64,000 nucleotides of DNA, taken from NCBI GenBank assembly GCA_964016885.1, contig OZ024742.1, positions 86,056,001 through 86,120,000 of the forward strand, written 5' to 3'. Position numbers and translations under genes: made by a program. The stretch is from Eledone cirrhosa (taxonomy: Eukaryota). The notes below the pieces were generated by a model. The model was not told the DNA's origin. It saw nothing but the letters and a program-made list of their open reading frames with translations, and searched no databases. How positions within the stretch are numbered: the first letter of the stretch is position 1; every line of letters begins with the position of its first letter. Of this stretch, positions 27,861-42,536 are shown one piece after another.

Positions 27861-28048
27861 ATTGTTTCTACTCTTGGCACAAGGCCAGCAAATACCCATT
27901 GCATTAATATTACTTTATTTTATCGACCTCGTAAGGATGAAAGGCAAAGTTAACATTGGCGGGATTTGAACTCAGATCATAAAGGGAGGTAACTCTGTGA
28001 TGCAAAGCATATCGTCCGATCCTCTACCGATACTGCCAATCCAACGCT
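27861..28048 (-). mobile_element. tRNA-derived SINE
   Basis: Minus strand has A-box TGGCAGTATCGG, B-box GAGTTCAAATCC, and central gcctttcatcct..gtcgataaaataaagta (Meta-domain-like). Confidence 0.8.
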
Positions 28049-28060
28049 ATTATATGAAAT

Positions 28061-28248
28061 AATTGTTTCTACTTTTAGGCACAAGGCCAGCAAATACCCA
28101 GTGCATTACTGGTACTTTATTTTATCGACCTCGTAAGGATGAAAGGCAAATTTAACCTCGGCTGGATTTGAACTCAGACTGTAAAGGGACGTAACTATGC
28201 TAGAAAGCATGACGTCCAACCCTCTACCGATACTGCCAATTCACCGCT
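28061..28248 (-). mobile_element. tRNA-derived SINE (tandem second copy)
   Basis: Same A and B boxes. tatgaaataat occurs before, between and after the two copies (TSD-like). Confidence 0.8.
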
Positions 28249-28438
28249 ATAATATGAAATAATAAACACTGTTATTGTATCCACGGCATTTTCACATTTT
28301 ACTCAACATCTTCCAAATATAAATATTTATGTTGGAACACATTAGCTGGCGCTACGCTATCAGTTTTCAAATTCATAGCTGAATGTTTTCTAAATGTTTA
28401 TTGATAAACATACTATATGTTATACAACTATGCTACGT

Positions 28439-28490
<52 letters not shown>

Positions 28491-28492
<2 letters not shown>

Positions 28493-28698
28493 GAATTCTG
28501 TTGATTAGACGTACTATTTCAACCTATGGAGTGGGCTTGATCTTGGTTTTTTAAACCCTTTTTAAGTCCTTCTGTTGATGATGGAACTTTGTAGAGAAAA
28601 AAAACATATCATGTTGATGCACAATCATGTTGATGCACAGTCTGCAACTGGCGGAGTTGAGCGTCAAAGTGTTAGTATTAGTAGTAGTAGTATATATA

Positions 28699-28760
<62 letters not shown>

Positions 28761-28912
28761 ACCTTTTGACGCTAAACTCCGCCAGTTGTAGACTGTGCAT
28801 CAACATGATATATTTTTCTCCACAAAGTTCCATCATCAACAGAAGGGTTTAAAAAGCCAAGATCAAGCCCAGTCCATAGGTTGACATAGTGCGTCTAATC
28901 AATAGAATTCGT
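28491..28912. repeat. ~420-bp imperfect palindrome centred on (TAG)n-TATATATATA-(CTA)n
   Basis: Arms acgaattctgttgattagacg... and ...cgtctaatcaatagaattcgt are reverse complements with scattered mismatches. Confidence 0.9.
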
Positions 28913-29039
28913 AATATAATCGGCTTGTTTCTCCACAGCCCCGGCGGACGGAGAGCCATCGTTTTACTGCCGGCCTCTGCTTCTCTTACCAGCTAGCCTA
29001 CCTTCCAGGCAAAACCTACTCACACCAAGAGTTGATCTG

Positions 29040-29600
29040 TTTATATTACCGTATAGATTGAGTACTCTTGACCTGACAATTGATGGAATTGTTCTGAGTC
29101 TAGTAATTTTGAGCAGCTCACTGATACAGATGCGATCACTGAGCCGCTGGCCAAATCATAAGTCTCGTGATGTGGTTCTGGCTATAGTTAGTTTCTGAAG
29201 TAACCTTTTCCTCCAATTAACATAGGGAACTGGTAGGATGTAAGTATCGAAGATCTTAGGCTTCAAATTATAGGAAACTGGTTTTGACGTTAGTACTTCT
29301 TTGTTCTTGTTGAAAGCTGCCCAGTCTAGAGTGTTGCGATACTGCAGAGCAACAATTCCATTGTTGTTTGATGGAAGTTGAGAATATACACGCTCCGCAA
29401 CTTGAGTAATTTGCTGCTTGTAGATTGTGAGCTGGAGATAGGCATTGTTTTTTTCATACATTTTGTTTTCGAGATGTTGATGAGTAAGCCAGCCTCCAGC
29501 GCATGCTTGGCCAGTACATTCAGAAGGTCTTACAGATCAGTTCTAGAGTAATTCTATATGTCCAGATTGTCTGCTAAGATTTGATATGAATTGACCTCCT
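29040..29600 (-). mobile_element. Decayed RTE-like LINE fragment
   Basis: WAAFNKNKEVL...LKPKIFDTYILPV in ORF 29156-29461. Confidence 0.5.
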
Positions 29601-30421
29601 ATTTGATAGCCAGAGGAGCATTATGCATCAGTTTCGTAGATACTTGCAGATATAAATATACAGAAGAGAAGTGCTGATAGTACATTCCCCTGCTTAGCTA
29701 CCTTCAAGATGTCTATACACCGTGTACTTCCAGCATATGTCTTGATTGTATGTCTTAAAAACATCTCTCTGTATATAGTAGTATCCATGGAAGGGTCAGT
29801 AATGGTCTTGGAACTCTATGACGTCTTGAGAAAATACTTTCAACGAGATCATATGATGAGCTATTGTTTTTGAAGTCGGCTTGTATCACATAAGAGAGCC
29901 TTAATTATCTTCACGGCTAAGACTTAATTATCATCACGGCTAAGACTTCAACGACCGCAACAGTTTATATATGGATTTGAACATTACCGGAACAATTATC
30001 ACATTGCATCCACCATAAACTTCATAGAAGCTGCTTTTCATACCCACGCATTTATGTCTGCTTAATATGATTGTATACCTGTATTGTATTATGTGATATA
30101 TTTGCCATAATGTGATATATGTATGCTTAGTACCATTGCTTGATTTTTACCTGGTTAATCTATACATGCCTAATACCTCTCCACTCTTTCTATACATTTG
30201 CATGTGCACCGCTGATGTCCTCATTTTGCGAGTAACTTTCTTCTTTAATTCCTTTACAATTGTTGTATTATTCTTTTATAACCTTTGTCGCATACACTGA
30301 TACTTACCACATCATATTCACTCTTTAAATATGATACTGTTATAGGCAACACTAATATCTATGTATCTTTACAATTGTTATGTGGAATATGAGGTTAATT
30401 ATATGTCTAAATGTTTGCTCG

Positions 30422-30467
30422 TGCTCCGATGAAACCAAAACAAAGTTTGGAAAAACGATTGTCAGCA
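30422..30467 (+). ncRNA. Decayed or variant HHR (CCGATGA core)
   Basis: tgct-CCGATGA-aaccaaa..tttgg-aAAAA-cgatt-GTC-agca. Relative at 42915-42961. Confidence 0.45.
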
Positions 30468-30631
30468 ATAAAATGTTTTGAACAATGTTTTGATTATTCT
30501 GTAATTTATATTCCGGCTCTGTAAAATATCTGATGTATTTATATTCAGCTATTTGTTTTACTGGTAATAAGGTGGTATTGATTTACTGACCTTTCCCGTT
30601 TATAATTATATAGGGTTTATATATAAGTATA

Positions 30632-30681
<50 letters not shown>

Positions 30682-30997
30682 GCCTCTGACAGTAATTAAG
30701 GTAAACTTATATTAGATAAAAAATACGAATTATTTATGCATAAACACACATTATATACAAATATTGCCTTACACATGTATACATACATATATAGATACAC
30801 ACATACATATACGTTTAAACACACACACACATACACACACACGCATACACACACATACACACACACACGTATATATATATATACATAAATATACGTACAC
30901 ATTCAAAATAAATGTGCTTGAATAGTGCCATCTAGCGGATTTCAGCAGAAGCAGCGGGGAACAAATTGCAATGTACATTTCCGGCTCTGCGCACCAC

Positions 30998-31053
30998 ATT
31001 AGTTATGCCAAATTGGTAGCCTTGTATGTATGCAGGTCTATATGAGCTAAAGG

Positions 31054-31122
<69 letters not shown>

Positions 31123-31179
31123 ACCTTTAGCTCATATAGACCTGCATACATGCAAGGCTACCAATTTCGAATAACTAAT
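30998..31179. repeat. ~58-bp inverted repeat flanking a (TA)n tract
   Basis: attagttat..tatgagctaaaggtta (TA)n taacctttagctcata..ataactaat. Confidence 0.9.
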
Positions 31180-31184
31180 ATTAT

Positions 31185-31690
31185 ACGTGCATATATATAT
31201 GTGTGCATGTATGTATATATATACATACTACTGTACGTCTGTATACATATATGTATGTTCGTATTCATACATACTTACATTTAAGTAAGTGCCGTACTAA
31301 GAGTGAGAAATGACATTTCGTTTCATTCTATTCCATTTATCGTTTTCGGTGTGCCCGGCCGACTGAACTCACTCGATATGCAAATTAGGCTGCTCAGCCG
31401 TTAATATGCATAAGGAATGTATATACTTTCAGACGTTCAACCATCTGGCAGGAAGGTATACGATGCTGACGATAGCTAATAAGCTTGAAACTAGTACATC
31501 GTTTATGTGTCAGTGTTGAAGAAAAAGGTGACGTGGTTGCCTAAACATTGTACGGCGTAATTCGGGATGTTTGTTTGTTTACAAACAAAGAAACCGAGCA
31601 TTATAATAAATGTTCGGTAAATCGATACGTGCATATATACATGCACACATGTATGTATATATATACATATATGTATGTACGTATACATAC
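31185..31690 (+). mobile_element. Copy of the 482-bp HHR family with intact HHR at 31460-31502
   Basis: acgatg-CTGACGA-t-agct-aata-agct-t-GAAA-ctag-TA-catcgt (6-bp Watson-Crick stem I). Confidence 0.85.
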
Positions 31691-31875
31691 GTACATACAT
31701 ACATACATACATACATACATACATACATACATACATAGATACATACATTTCTATTTATATATATAAATATATATATATAGAATTGTAAGTATGTATGTAT
31801 GTATGTATGTATGTATACGTACATACATATATGTATACAGACGTACAGTAGTATGTATATATAAATACATACATG

Positions 31876-31912
<37 letters not shown>

Positions 31913-32180
31913 ATAAATTAACGGAGCCATAGACTCTCGCTATCGTTGTCAGTAATGTGCTCAAAGAAGGAATCCCGAGATCTTCATAATACAATATGTG
32001 GAAAAGATAACACACTAGAGAGATAGTGCGCCATCAATCAAACAGGAAAAACCCACCAGTGTATGGAATCTATAAAACATGAAATGCAGAGTAGACACAC
32101 AATAATTAAAAGTATAAATTAAAGTGTAAATACATACCTCCATACATATCTCTCTAGTGTTTTATATTTTCAGCATATTG

Positions 32181-32257
<77 letters not shown>

Positions 32258-32261
<4 letters not shown>

Positions 32262-32730
32262 TATGTATACATACATACATATATATATACAGACGTACAG
32301 TAGTATGTGTATGCATACATACATGCACATATATATATAAATGTACGTTTGGGTTTACCGAACGTTTATTATAATGTTCGTTTATTTGTAAACAAACAGC
32401 CCGAATTATTAGCCGTACAGTGTTCGGCAACCATCGTTGTCATTTTGTTCAACGCTGACAAAGGAACGATGAAGTAGTTTCTAGCTTATTAGCTGTTATC
32501 AGCACCGTATACCTTCCTGTCAGTTGATTGAACGTTTGAAAGTATATACTTTCCTTATGCATATTAACGGCTGAGCAGCCTAATTTGCATATCGAGTGAG
32601 TTAGTCGGCCGGCGTACCAGAATCGATAAATGGAAAAAAATGAAATGTTATTTCTCACTCTGCGTAAATATAAGTATGTATACGTACATAGATACATGTA
32701 TACAGACGTACAGTAGTATGTATATACATA
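32258..32730 (-). mobile_element. Copy of the 482-bp HHR family with decayed HHR (about 32466-32508)
   Basis: Reverse-complement similarity. Core reads CTGATAA..GAAA-ctac-TT. Further fragments lie at about 31785-31880 and 33590-33865. Confidence 0.8.
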
Positions 32731-32739
32731 CGTTACATT

Positions 32740-32766
<27 letters not shown>

Positions 32767-32770
<4 letters not shown>

Positions 32771-33498
32771 TTAGAAACACACAGATACATGCGGACACAC
32801 ACATATACATGAATGCATCCACACCCAAACGTGAGTTAAGGGTGCCAACCTCACCGATGTTGCTCAATGAATGACTGGGACAGACCAATCCGGTTGAACT
32901 AGACTGAACCAGTATCGGAGTTAAAAATACATTATGAAGAAGAGAAGAAACATTTAGATATAATTAGTAATAAAATGTATCATACCTAAACTGTTCCTAG
33001 ATTCCTCGACTACGTAGTTTCGTGGCATAAACAAAAACAATACATCATAAAGATATAGAGTCCTTGCGAGGTCTGCCGACTTATCAAGAGGATACCTCAT
33101 TTTACTAGCTTCAAGAACGCGTCCACACGACGTGAGAAAGAATCCCAAAAGGCGGAGGCGGAGATAGTCACGCGATATAACGGTCGAGAAACAGAGCTAA
33201 GCCTCTTATAACCCCGAAGAAAATACCACGGAGGCGGAGGGGGTATTTATATCGAAGCCGTAGAAGAGGTGGTGAAGGAGGGGAGAAGTATGAGTAATGG
33301 CAGCTTTCCAGCAGTCACCACACGTCAAAAATTACTCAACCAGAGGGAGTTATTAACAATATATTTAGAAACACACAGATACATGCGGACACACACATAT
33401 ACATGAATGCATCCACACCCAACCGTGAGTTAAGGGTGCCAACCTCACCGATGTTGCTCAATGAATGACTGGGACAGACCAATCCGGTTGAACTAGAC

Positions 33499-33502
<4 letters not shown>
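32767..33502 (-). mobile_element. ORF-less 594-bp unit plus 142-bp terminal redundancy, with one U3-A8 HHR (retrozyme-like)
   Basis: Direct repeats 32767-32908 and 33361-33502 (offset 594). (TA)n on both flanks. Confidence 0.82.
33003..33092 (-). ncRNA. Hammerhead ribozyme, U3-A8 core variant
   Basis: tcctc-TTGATAA-gt(c)ggca...tgccac-GAAA-ctacgtag-TC-gagga. Confidence 0.8.
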
Positions 33503-33595
<93 letters not shown>

Positions 33596-33879
33596 GTATG
33601 AGTTTACAGAACATTTATCATAATGTTCGGTTTGTTTGTAAACAAACAGCCCGAATTATTAGCCGTACAGTGTTCGGCAACCATCGTTGCCATTTTATTC
33701 ACCACTGTACATACACTGTACGCCTGTATACATATTTTTATGTACGTATACATACATACTACTGTACGTCTGTATACATATATCTTATATCTATGTACGT
33801 ATACATACTTATATTAAGGTATCAGCCGTACTAAGTGTGACAAACGAAATTTCATTTTTTCCATTTATATATATATATA

Positions 33880-35098
33880 TATAATAAGGGTTGACGGACC
33901 CAGCATATTTATCAATGCCAGTACCGGTTGTATCTCAGCGAACGCCATGGGCAACATAAGATACATTACCAGAGTATACACATAGTTATTTCCTTGAACA
34001 TAACACACGTAAAACGGGTGACTATAAGGTTCCGGGACTCGAGTTTCTGTCTTACTAATGCAGCAGTAAGGTACACTGCACCATCTGTCTGCATATATTA
34101 TGCAACAATGCACAAACGGCTTATGCGGCTTCACCAGCGGGTATCGCCTAATCAATAACAAATCGATCGACAGAATCCTAAGACCAGTCTATGCCAGCCA
34201 TTACTGTTTGTGACGACTGGCACGTTAAAGCTATTAGCAACTGGCACCTGATAGAACTCGATCTCTCAACTAGCCACTGATTTGAAAATTTTACCTGGGG
34301 ACGGGAAGCTAAAAAGAATCAATCTTTTAGTTCCTGTCAGAAGAACTCAGCCAACGTGTCTCACACACAAATTATCAAGGGGTGAAAAGATGGCTATTAG
34401 AAATAGCAGTTCACATTGATATAAAATAGAATGGTCCCATTCGGTTCATGTCTGCAAGCCCCATGACTAGCGGAAAGGGATGGTAACAATGGTAGTGCCA
34501 AGAATCTTTAACAGACTTTAAATGCGATCATCCATTATATAGCAATATAGTAGCGAGCTGAAATCTGTCAGCCGCGTGCGTATATAACCAGTCTAATTCA
34601 CAACTTAAAAGAGTGAGAGACAAAATTAATAGCTGGAAAAAAGAGTGCATACCAAAACAAAAACACAATAAAAAGTGAAAAGTTGGTTAACTTTCTCTCA
34701 ATAGTCCGCTAGTTGGGAGATAGTAATAATAAGGTTTGACGGACCCAGCATATTTATCAATATCCAGTAAGTACCGGTTGTATCTCAGCGAACTCCATGG
34801 GCAATGTAAGATACATTACCGTGTATACACATAGTTATTTACTTCAATACAACACACGTAAAACGGGTGCCTAAAAGGTCCCGGACTCGAGTTTATGCCG
34901 CACTAATGCAGCAGTAAGGTACACTGCACCATCTGACTGCATATATTATGCAACAATGCACAATCGGCCTATGTGGCTTCATCAGCGGTATCGTCTAATC
35001 AATAACCAATCGATCAAGAGAATACTAAGACCAGTCTATGCCAGCCATGACTGTTTGTGACGACTAACACGGTAAAGCTATTAGCAACTGGCAGCTGA
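33880..35098 (-). mobile_element. ORF-less element with ~370-bp direct repeats (period ~848 bp), each holding a mutated HHR
   Basis: Repeats at about 33880-34252 and 34725-35098. HHRs at 34032-34141 (CTGGTGA..GAAA-ctcgag-TC) and 34880-34988 (CTGATGA..TAAA-ctcgag-TC). Confidence 0.75.
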
Positions 35099-35135
35099 TA
35101 TATATATATAGATGTATATATATATATATACATAT

Positions 35136-35494
35136 CAGTGGCGAAGGGTGACCTGGAAAGCAGGGCATGCAGTCCAATCGGCATGGCGGATTGTAGGGTC
35201 GTGCAGCGTTACCCCAAATTCCCTCTAATTGACACTGCCGGTCAAATCCGCATGTACTGTTATCTAGTGTATGTGTGTGTGTGTGTGTGTTATCTTCTTT
35301 TGTATCTACGATTTAGTAAGCAGTCAAAATTCTGCTTGCCGAATGCTGTAGTGTGTTAGTGTGTATATGTGTGTGTGTGTGTTATCTTTTTTCTGACTAT
35401 ACGTTTTAGTCAGCAGCCAAAATTCTGCTTGCTTCAACCGACGCAATTGATCAACTCAAGATTCTATAACGCATGCATGCATCATTCGGCCCTG
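35136..35494. mobile_element. hAT-like MITE
   Basis: Imperfect TIRs cagtggcgaa / ttcggccctg. The 8-mer atacatat lies on both sides, although in a low-complexity context. Confidence 0.5.
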
Positions 35495-35504
35495 ATACAT
35501 ATAC

Positions 35505-35591
<87 letters not shown>

Positions 35592-35596
35592 AATAA

Positions 35597-35718
<122 letters not shown>

Positions 35719-35732
35719 ATAAATATATATAT

Positions 35733-38075
35733 ATATTGTTATACTTTGGGAGGGTCATGTTGCCAATAAGAAACACACGCACCAGTTGCTTTCACTTCAA
35801 TTTAATTTATTAAATATTTATAAATTTACAAATTTATAAATTTCTGGTTGGTTGGTTGGTTCCACAACCAGATAGTTGTTTATATATATATAGTCATAGT
35901 TCTTTCGTCACACACTCTGTGACCTCTTCGGTGACTGGGGATTTCTTTCTTCGTTTCTGTGCCTTTCCTTTCTTCTATCGTACGCCATTTTGTTTGTGTG
36001 TGGGTTGCGTGCTCAGTTTGCGCATGCGCCACATCCGGGTGTCTGTGTGTGTTTGTGTTCATTTTTCTATTTTTCTATTTACATTTTTCTATTTATATTT
36101 TTCTATTTGTTTGTTTATTTATTTATTTATTGTTGGTTGGTTGTTTGTTCTATGTGTGTGTGTGTTTTCATTTTGTCTTGTGTGTGTTTTCATTTTGTGT
36201 GTGTTTTCAATTGTAAGTTGTTTGTTCTATGTGTGTGTGTGTTTTCATTTTGTCCTTAATTGTAAGTTGTGATGTTGCTGTTCCACTCATATTTTCTATT
36301 TAATTTTGGTTTTAATTCTTTTATGCTTACTGCCTCTGTAATTTGCCTAAACATTGCGTCTTTCTTGTGTGTGGATTCTATTTTTATTTCTATGCTCTCT
36401 AATTTACCCCTGTGTTCTATCTTAGCATGTTGGTAGAGCACAGATGATTCTTTACTATCTTGGAGGTCTCGCCAGTGTTCATTTATTCGTTCCCCTATAC
36501 TACGAGCTGTCTCACCTATGTACACTACATTTTTGTTTCTACATTGTCCTTCAGTACATCTTATGCTATATACTACATTTCTAGTTTTACAGTTAATATG
36601 GGGGCCTATTTTACAGGTTATACATTTCTTATCTATACATGAGGGTCTTTGGAACGGGTATGTCTTGCTAATAAGTGTTTTTACGGAGGTACCAGGTCTT
36701 TCTACTATCTTAATATTGAGATTATGTTTCTTTAGGGCCCTTCTAAATTTGTAGGCTAGTTCGCCTCTAGGGGTTGTATTGATGAACATTACACTCTGGT
36801 ATTTATTGCTATCATACCATGAGTTTATTCTATTGGCCTTGTTCTTAGTTCTTTCTATTCTATTCCAAAATTTGCTCCTATACAAGGGGCAGGTCCCATT
36901 TATGTCATTATTTACCATTTTTTCCCATTTGGTTCTGGCTCCTTTATACACTCTGATTCTATCTCTCTGATTGTAGCCAGAGAACTGCATACGGTGGATG
37001 AAGTGTTGTATGTGTCTCTCTAGTTCTTCGGGGTTGCACATGCGGGACACATTTCTCATCACCCGTACCAAATCCGCAATCAGTATGTTGATTTTGGTAT
37101 GGTCCGAAATGGCCGAGTTTCGGTGGATCAGATGTTTGGAAGTCATGGGTTTGGCATAATGGGAATGGAGGATTTGTTTTTGGTTGTTAATAGTATCTAA
37201 CCAGAGCTCTGTGTCTAGTACAGGTAATCGATGGTTGGGGTGTCTACTTGGGTAGTCTATAGTAACTCTAATGCTCTGGTGGATGGAGTTTGCTATTTGC
37301 TGGATGCTTTCCATTGTGTTTTTCTCTAGTTCCTGACTGTTCTTTAGTGGGGGTGTCTTAACTACGATGTTTATATCATCTACGTAGCGGGAGTACATTA
37401 TCAGGGTTAAGCTGTCTTCTAATTGTTCATTAAGTTTTTGTTTAAGTCTACTGTCCCACCATACCATGAATAAGTTAGCTATGTCGCCTGCAATGCTAAC
37501 ACCAATGGCTGCTCCTTCCTCTTGGGCATATGTTTTACCATTAAATTTGAACATATGTTCCTTAAGGGTTAGTTTTATGCTGGCCCCTACCGCATGTGCA
37601 ATCATTTTCTTCAGTTCATCGTGGTTTTCGGGTGTCCGTATGGCTCTGGTCCACCCGTTCCATCTATCTGTGTGGGTTTTCTTAGCCATTGAGGTAATGG
37701 TAGGTGGTCTGCCTCTTGCTGGTCTTGTAGGGCACAGGTTGCTAAGGTCATAAGTGTCTAGGTAACTATTACTATGGGTAAGCTTAAGTAGAAGTCCCAG
37801 CTCACTGGTATCAATCCCACGGAACTCAACCTTGCTCTCGCTGATCATTTCGACGCATTTCTCCACAGCAAAATCCACGTCAATAGATGGATACAGGGAC
37901 ACAACATCCATACTGCCTATTATGCAGTTTGTTAGGTCCCCAGATCGGTTACCCGCGCCGATTCTGCTGAGGAGGTCCTCCGTGCTGTCACACACATCTG
38001 GGGACATCTCAATGATGGGGCATATGATCAGGGAGAGGAAGTAGGACAGTCTGTAGTTACTAGCAATGTTAGCCC
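35733..38075 (-). mobile_element. 5'-truncated PLE, left arm of the head-to-head palindrome
   Basis: Near-identical to about 57690-60008. The pLTR HHR at 35892-35936 has a CCGAAGA core mutation. Confidence 0.95.
36256..38007 (-). CDS. PLE RT + GIY-YIG endonuclease (open 583-aa C-terminal portion)
   Basis: SMDVVSLYPSI, GAAIGVSIAG, RYVDD, LPVLD, CITC, VVYSIRC...YIGETAR..ERINEH..H (CCHH), RQITEA..PKLN. Confidence 0.9.
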   Translation of the reverse strand: MSPDVCDSTEDLLSRIGAGNRSGDLTNCIIGSMDVVSLYPSIDVDFAVEKCVEMISESKVEFRGIDTSELGLLLKLTHSNSYLDTYDLSNLCPTRPARGRPPTITSMAKKTHTDRWNGWTRAIRTPENHDELKKMIAHAVGASIKLTLKEHMFKFNGKTYAQEEGAAIGVSIAGDIANLFMVWWDSRLKQKLNEQLEDSLTLIMYSRYVDDINIVVKTPPLKNSQELEKNTMESIQQIANSIHQSIRVTIDYPSRHPNHRLPVLDTELWLDTINNQKQILHSHYAKPMTSKHLIHRNSAISDHTKINILIADLVRVMRNVSRMCNPEELERHIQHFIHRMQFSGYNQRDRIRVYKGARTKWEKMVNNDINGTCPLYRSKFWNRIERTKNKANRINSWYDSNKYQSVMFINTTPRGELAYKFRRALKKHNLNIKIVERPGTSVKTLISKTYPFQRPSCIDKKCITCKIGPHINCKTRNVVYSIRCTEGQCRNKNVVYIGETARSIGERINEHWRDLQDSKESSVLYQHAKIEHRGKLESIEIKIESTHKKDAMFRQITEAVSIKELKPKLNRKYEWNSNITTYN

Positions 38076-40389
<2,314 letters not shown>

Positions 40390-40434
40390 TATATATATGT
40401 ATAAATATATATATATATATATATATATGTATAA

Positions 40435-40544
<110 letters not shown>

Positions 40545-40572
40545 TTGTATAAATACATATATATATATATAT

Positions 40573-40818
40573 ATAAAAGTGGATGAATACCTCAACAGGC
40601 ACTAAGTACCTGTAGAAATATGCAAGGTGTTTATAATAGTTGTGGTTCGATGGTACTAATTTGAGATACCAGAACAATATAAAAAGAGCGGAGGAAGCGG
40701 TTATCAAACAATTCTCTAAATAAATTAAAAAACGATTTAAATAATCACCTGTTCTATTGCTGTTACAGACGGTTTAACCATTCCAAAAATTGGAAATCCA
40801 GAGAATTTCCAATGGAAA
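40573..40818 (-). mobile_element. Truncated pLTR-like copy of the 44833-45305 family
   Basis: Matches 44845-44970 directly and 45167-45305 as reverse complement. Confidence 0.8.
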
Positions 40819-40860
40819 TATATATATACATATATATGTATATATATAGAGAGAGAAAGA

Positions 40861-41580
40861 AACGTCCGCACATTACGTATCAAGGAAGCACTTTGGATCA
40901 AACGGCTAGGGCCAAAATTAAACAACCGATCCGAGAGAAGCGAAATGAGGGGGTTGGTTTAAGTTAACAAACGATGCAGCAATACACGCACACAGTAGCA
41001 TTCCACCATATGGGCATACTACACTTCCAATACAGAGGAACAAGGCAACAACACACGCACACACACAAATTCAAGCGAGACAACAACAACACACGCACAC
41101 ACACACACACACACACACAGTAACATTAACAAAACAGGCAGAGAATAATATGGACTGACAGCTAGCGCCACTCCACTCCCACAATTGAAAGAACTACTTC
41201 GGCCGCTGACCTCTGCTTGACCGACCCCATTTCACGCGCACGCGCGCTCTGCTGTATACCTCAGATATTCAAAACAACGAACAGTGGAGGACACGGTTCG
41301 CACCTTTCCGACAGACAACCTTTCCTCCCTCCCCCCCGGAAAAAACCCAGTTCATGGATGTGAATCCGAAATATATAAGGACAATTAAATCTCTCCCAAG
41401 GCAACTCTATCTCGTGTTTTTATTTTTATTTTTATCCTTACGCTCTTTCCTTCATTCCTGTACAAGTCTTATACACGCCACGCATCTCAACGTACACTCA
41501 CATTCACCTCTCTCTCCACCACCGGATCTTGTTACCCGGAGATTTAACCATCTGCATTGTCGAGGCTTCCAAACGACTTA
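40861..41580 (+). mobile_element. 3' end of another PLE (GIY-YIG C-terminus + AC-rich 3' UTR)
   Basis: 40861-40962 reads NVRTLRIKEALWIKRLGPKLNNRSE..*, the RxxEAxxIxxxxPxLN GIY-YIG tail. Confidence 0.65.
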
Positions 41581-41610
41581 AATATATACACACATATATA
41601 TATATCTATA

Positions 41611-41679
<69 letters not shown>

Positions 41680-41804
41680 TTTTTTACAAAATGAAAAATA
41701 ACCGAGGTGTCCTACACTAGTGATGAAAGTATAAAGAAAAAAAGATGAAATCGAAAATGCAACTGGAGTCTTATTTAAAAAAATATATATATATATTTAT
41801 TTGG

Positions 41805-41846
41805 CTACTTTACCGATTTCGCAGTTCTTCTGCTTTTCAAAAATAG
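41805..41846 (-). ncRNA. Minimal hammerhead ribozyme, U3-A8 core variant
   Basis: ctattt-TTGAAAA-gcag-aagaa-ctgc-GAAA-tcgg-TA-aagtag, near the end of a ~560-bp ORF-less insert (41790-42352) between TA runs. Confidence 0.65.
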
Positions 41847-42349
41847 AGTTGAGATGGAGAGTCTATGTTTTTTTCTCACATCTGGTTGGTCTTAGAATGT
41901 TACTTGTTTCATATGGAAAAAAGTGGCTCGAAAGGCCAGGTTTTTAGAGAAGTAATTGTATTGATTGGTCAATAAGTATAATACATTTTGCGCCAGTTCG
42001 CGTTACAAAGTTCTTCAAACATAGGATGGGGTTGGCTCAGGTTGTTTTTTCATATATGAGTGAAGTTTGGTTGGTTGATGCAGTCACCTGAATAAGCACA
42101 TCAGCTTTCGCGCGAGTTTGTTGATTTTCTGTTTACTTAAAAAAGGGGCTTACGAAGGCTTTTTTTTAATAAATGTAATTTGATTGATTATAAATGAAAT
42201 TATTGCAGTCACGTGAACAAGTTCATTAAATCGCGCCCCTATTTGGAAATTTATTACTTGGGAATTTATTTTGTAGCCTTTAGAGAATTTTATGACAAAG
42301 AAAAGATAATGGCCAAGAGAAACGGGATGGGGGGAATTGTTATGGTTCA

Positions 42350-42396
<47 letters not shown>

Positions 42397-42536
42397 GGTT
42401 ATGCACGAGTGCATTAATGTTTTCCAGGACACAGTGTTATGTACCGTGTAGTGGAATGTCAGCTTACAACAGAGTGGTGCTCAACGAAATGCAGAAAAAA
42501 GGTGTATATTCCAGTTTAGCTATATTCCGGGGCGTG

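Noticed and set aside
27861-28248. Functional tRNA genes
   Set aside because: A and B boxes are present but there is no cloverleaf. Multiple diverged copies with a common body indicate a SINE.
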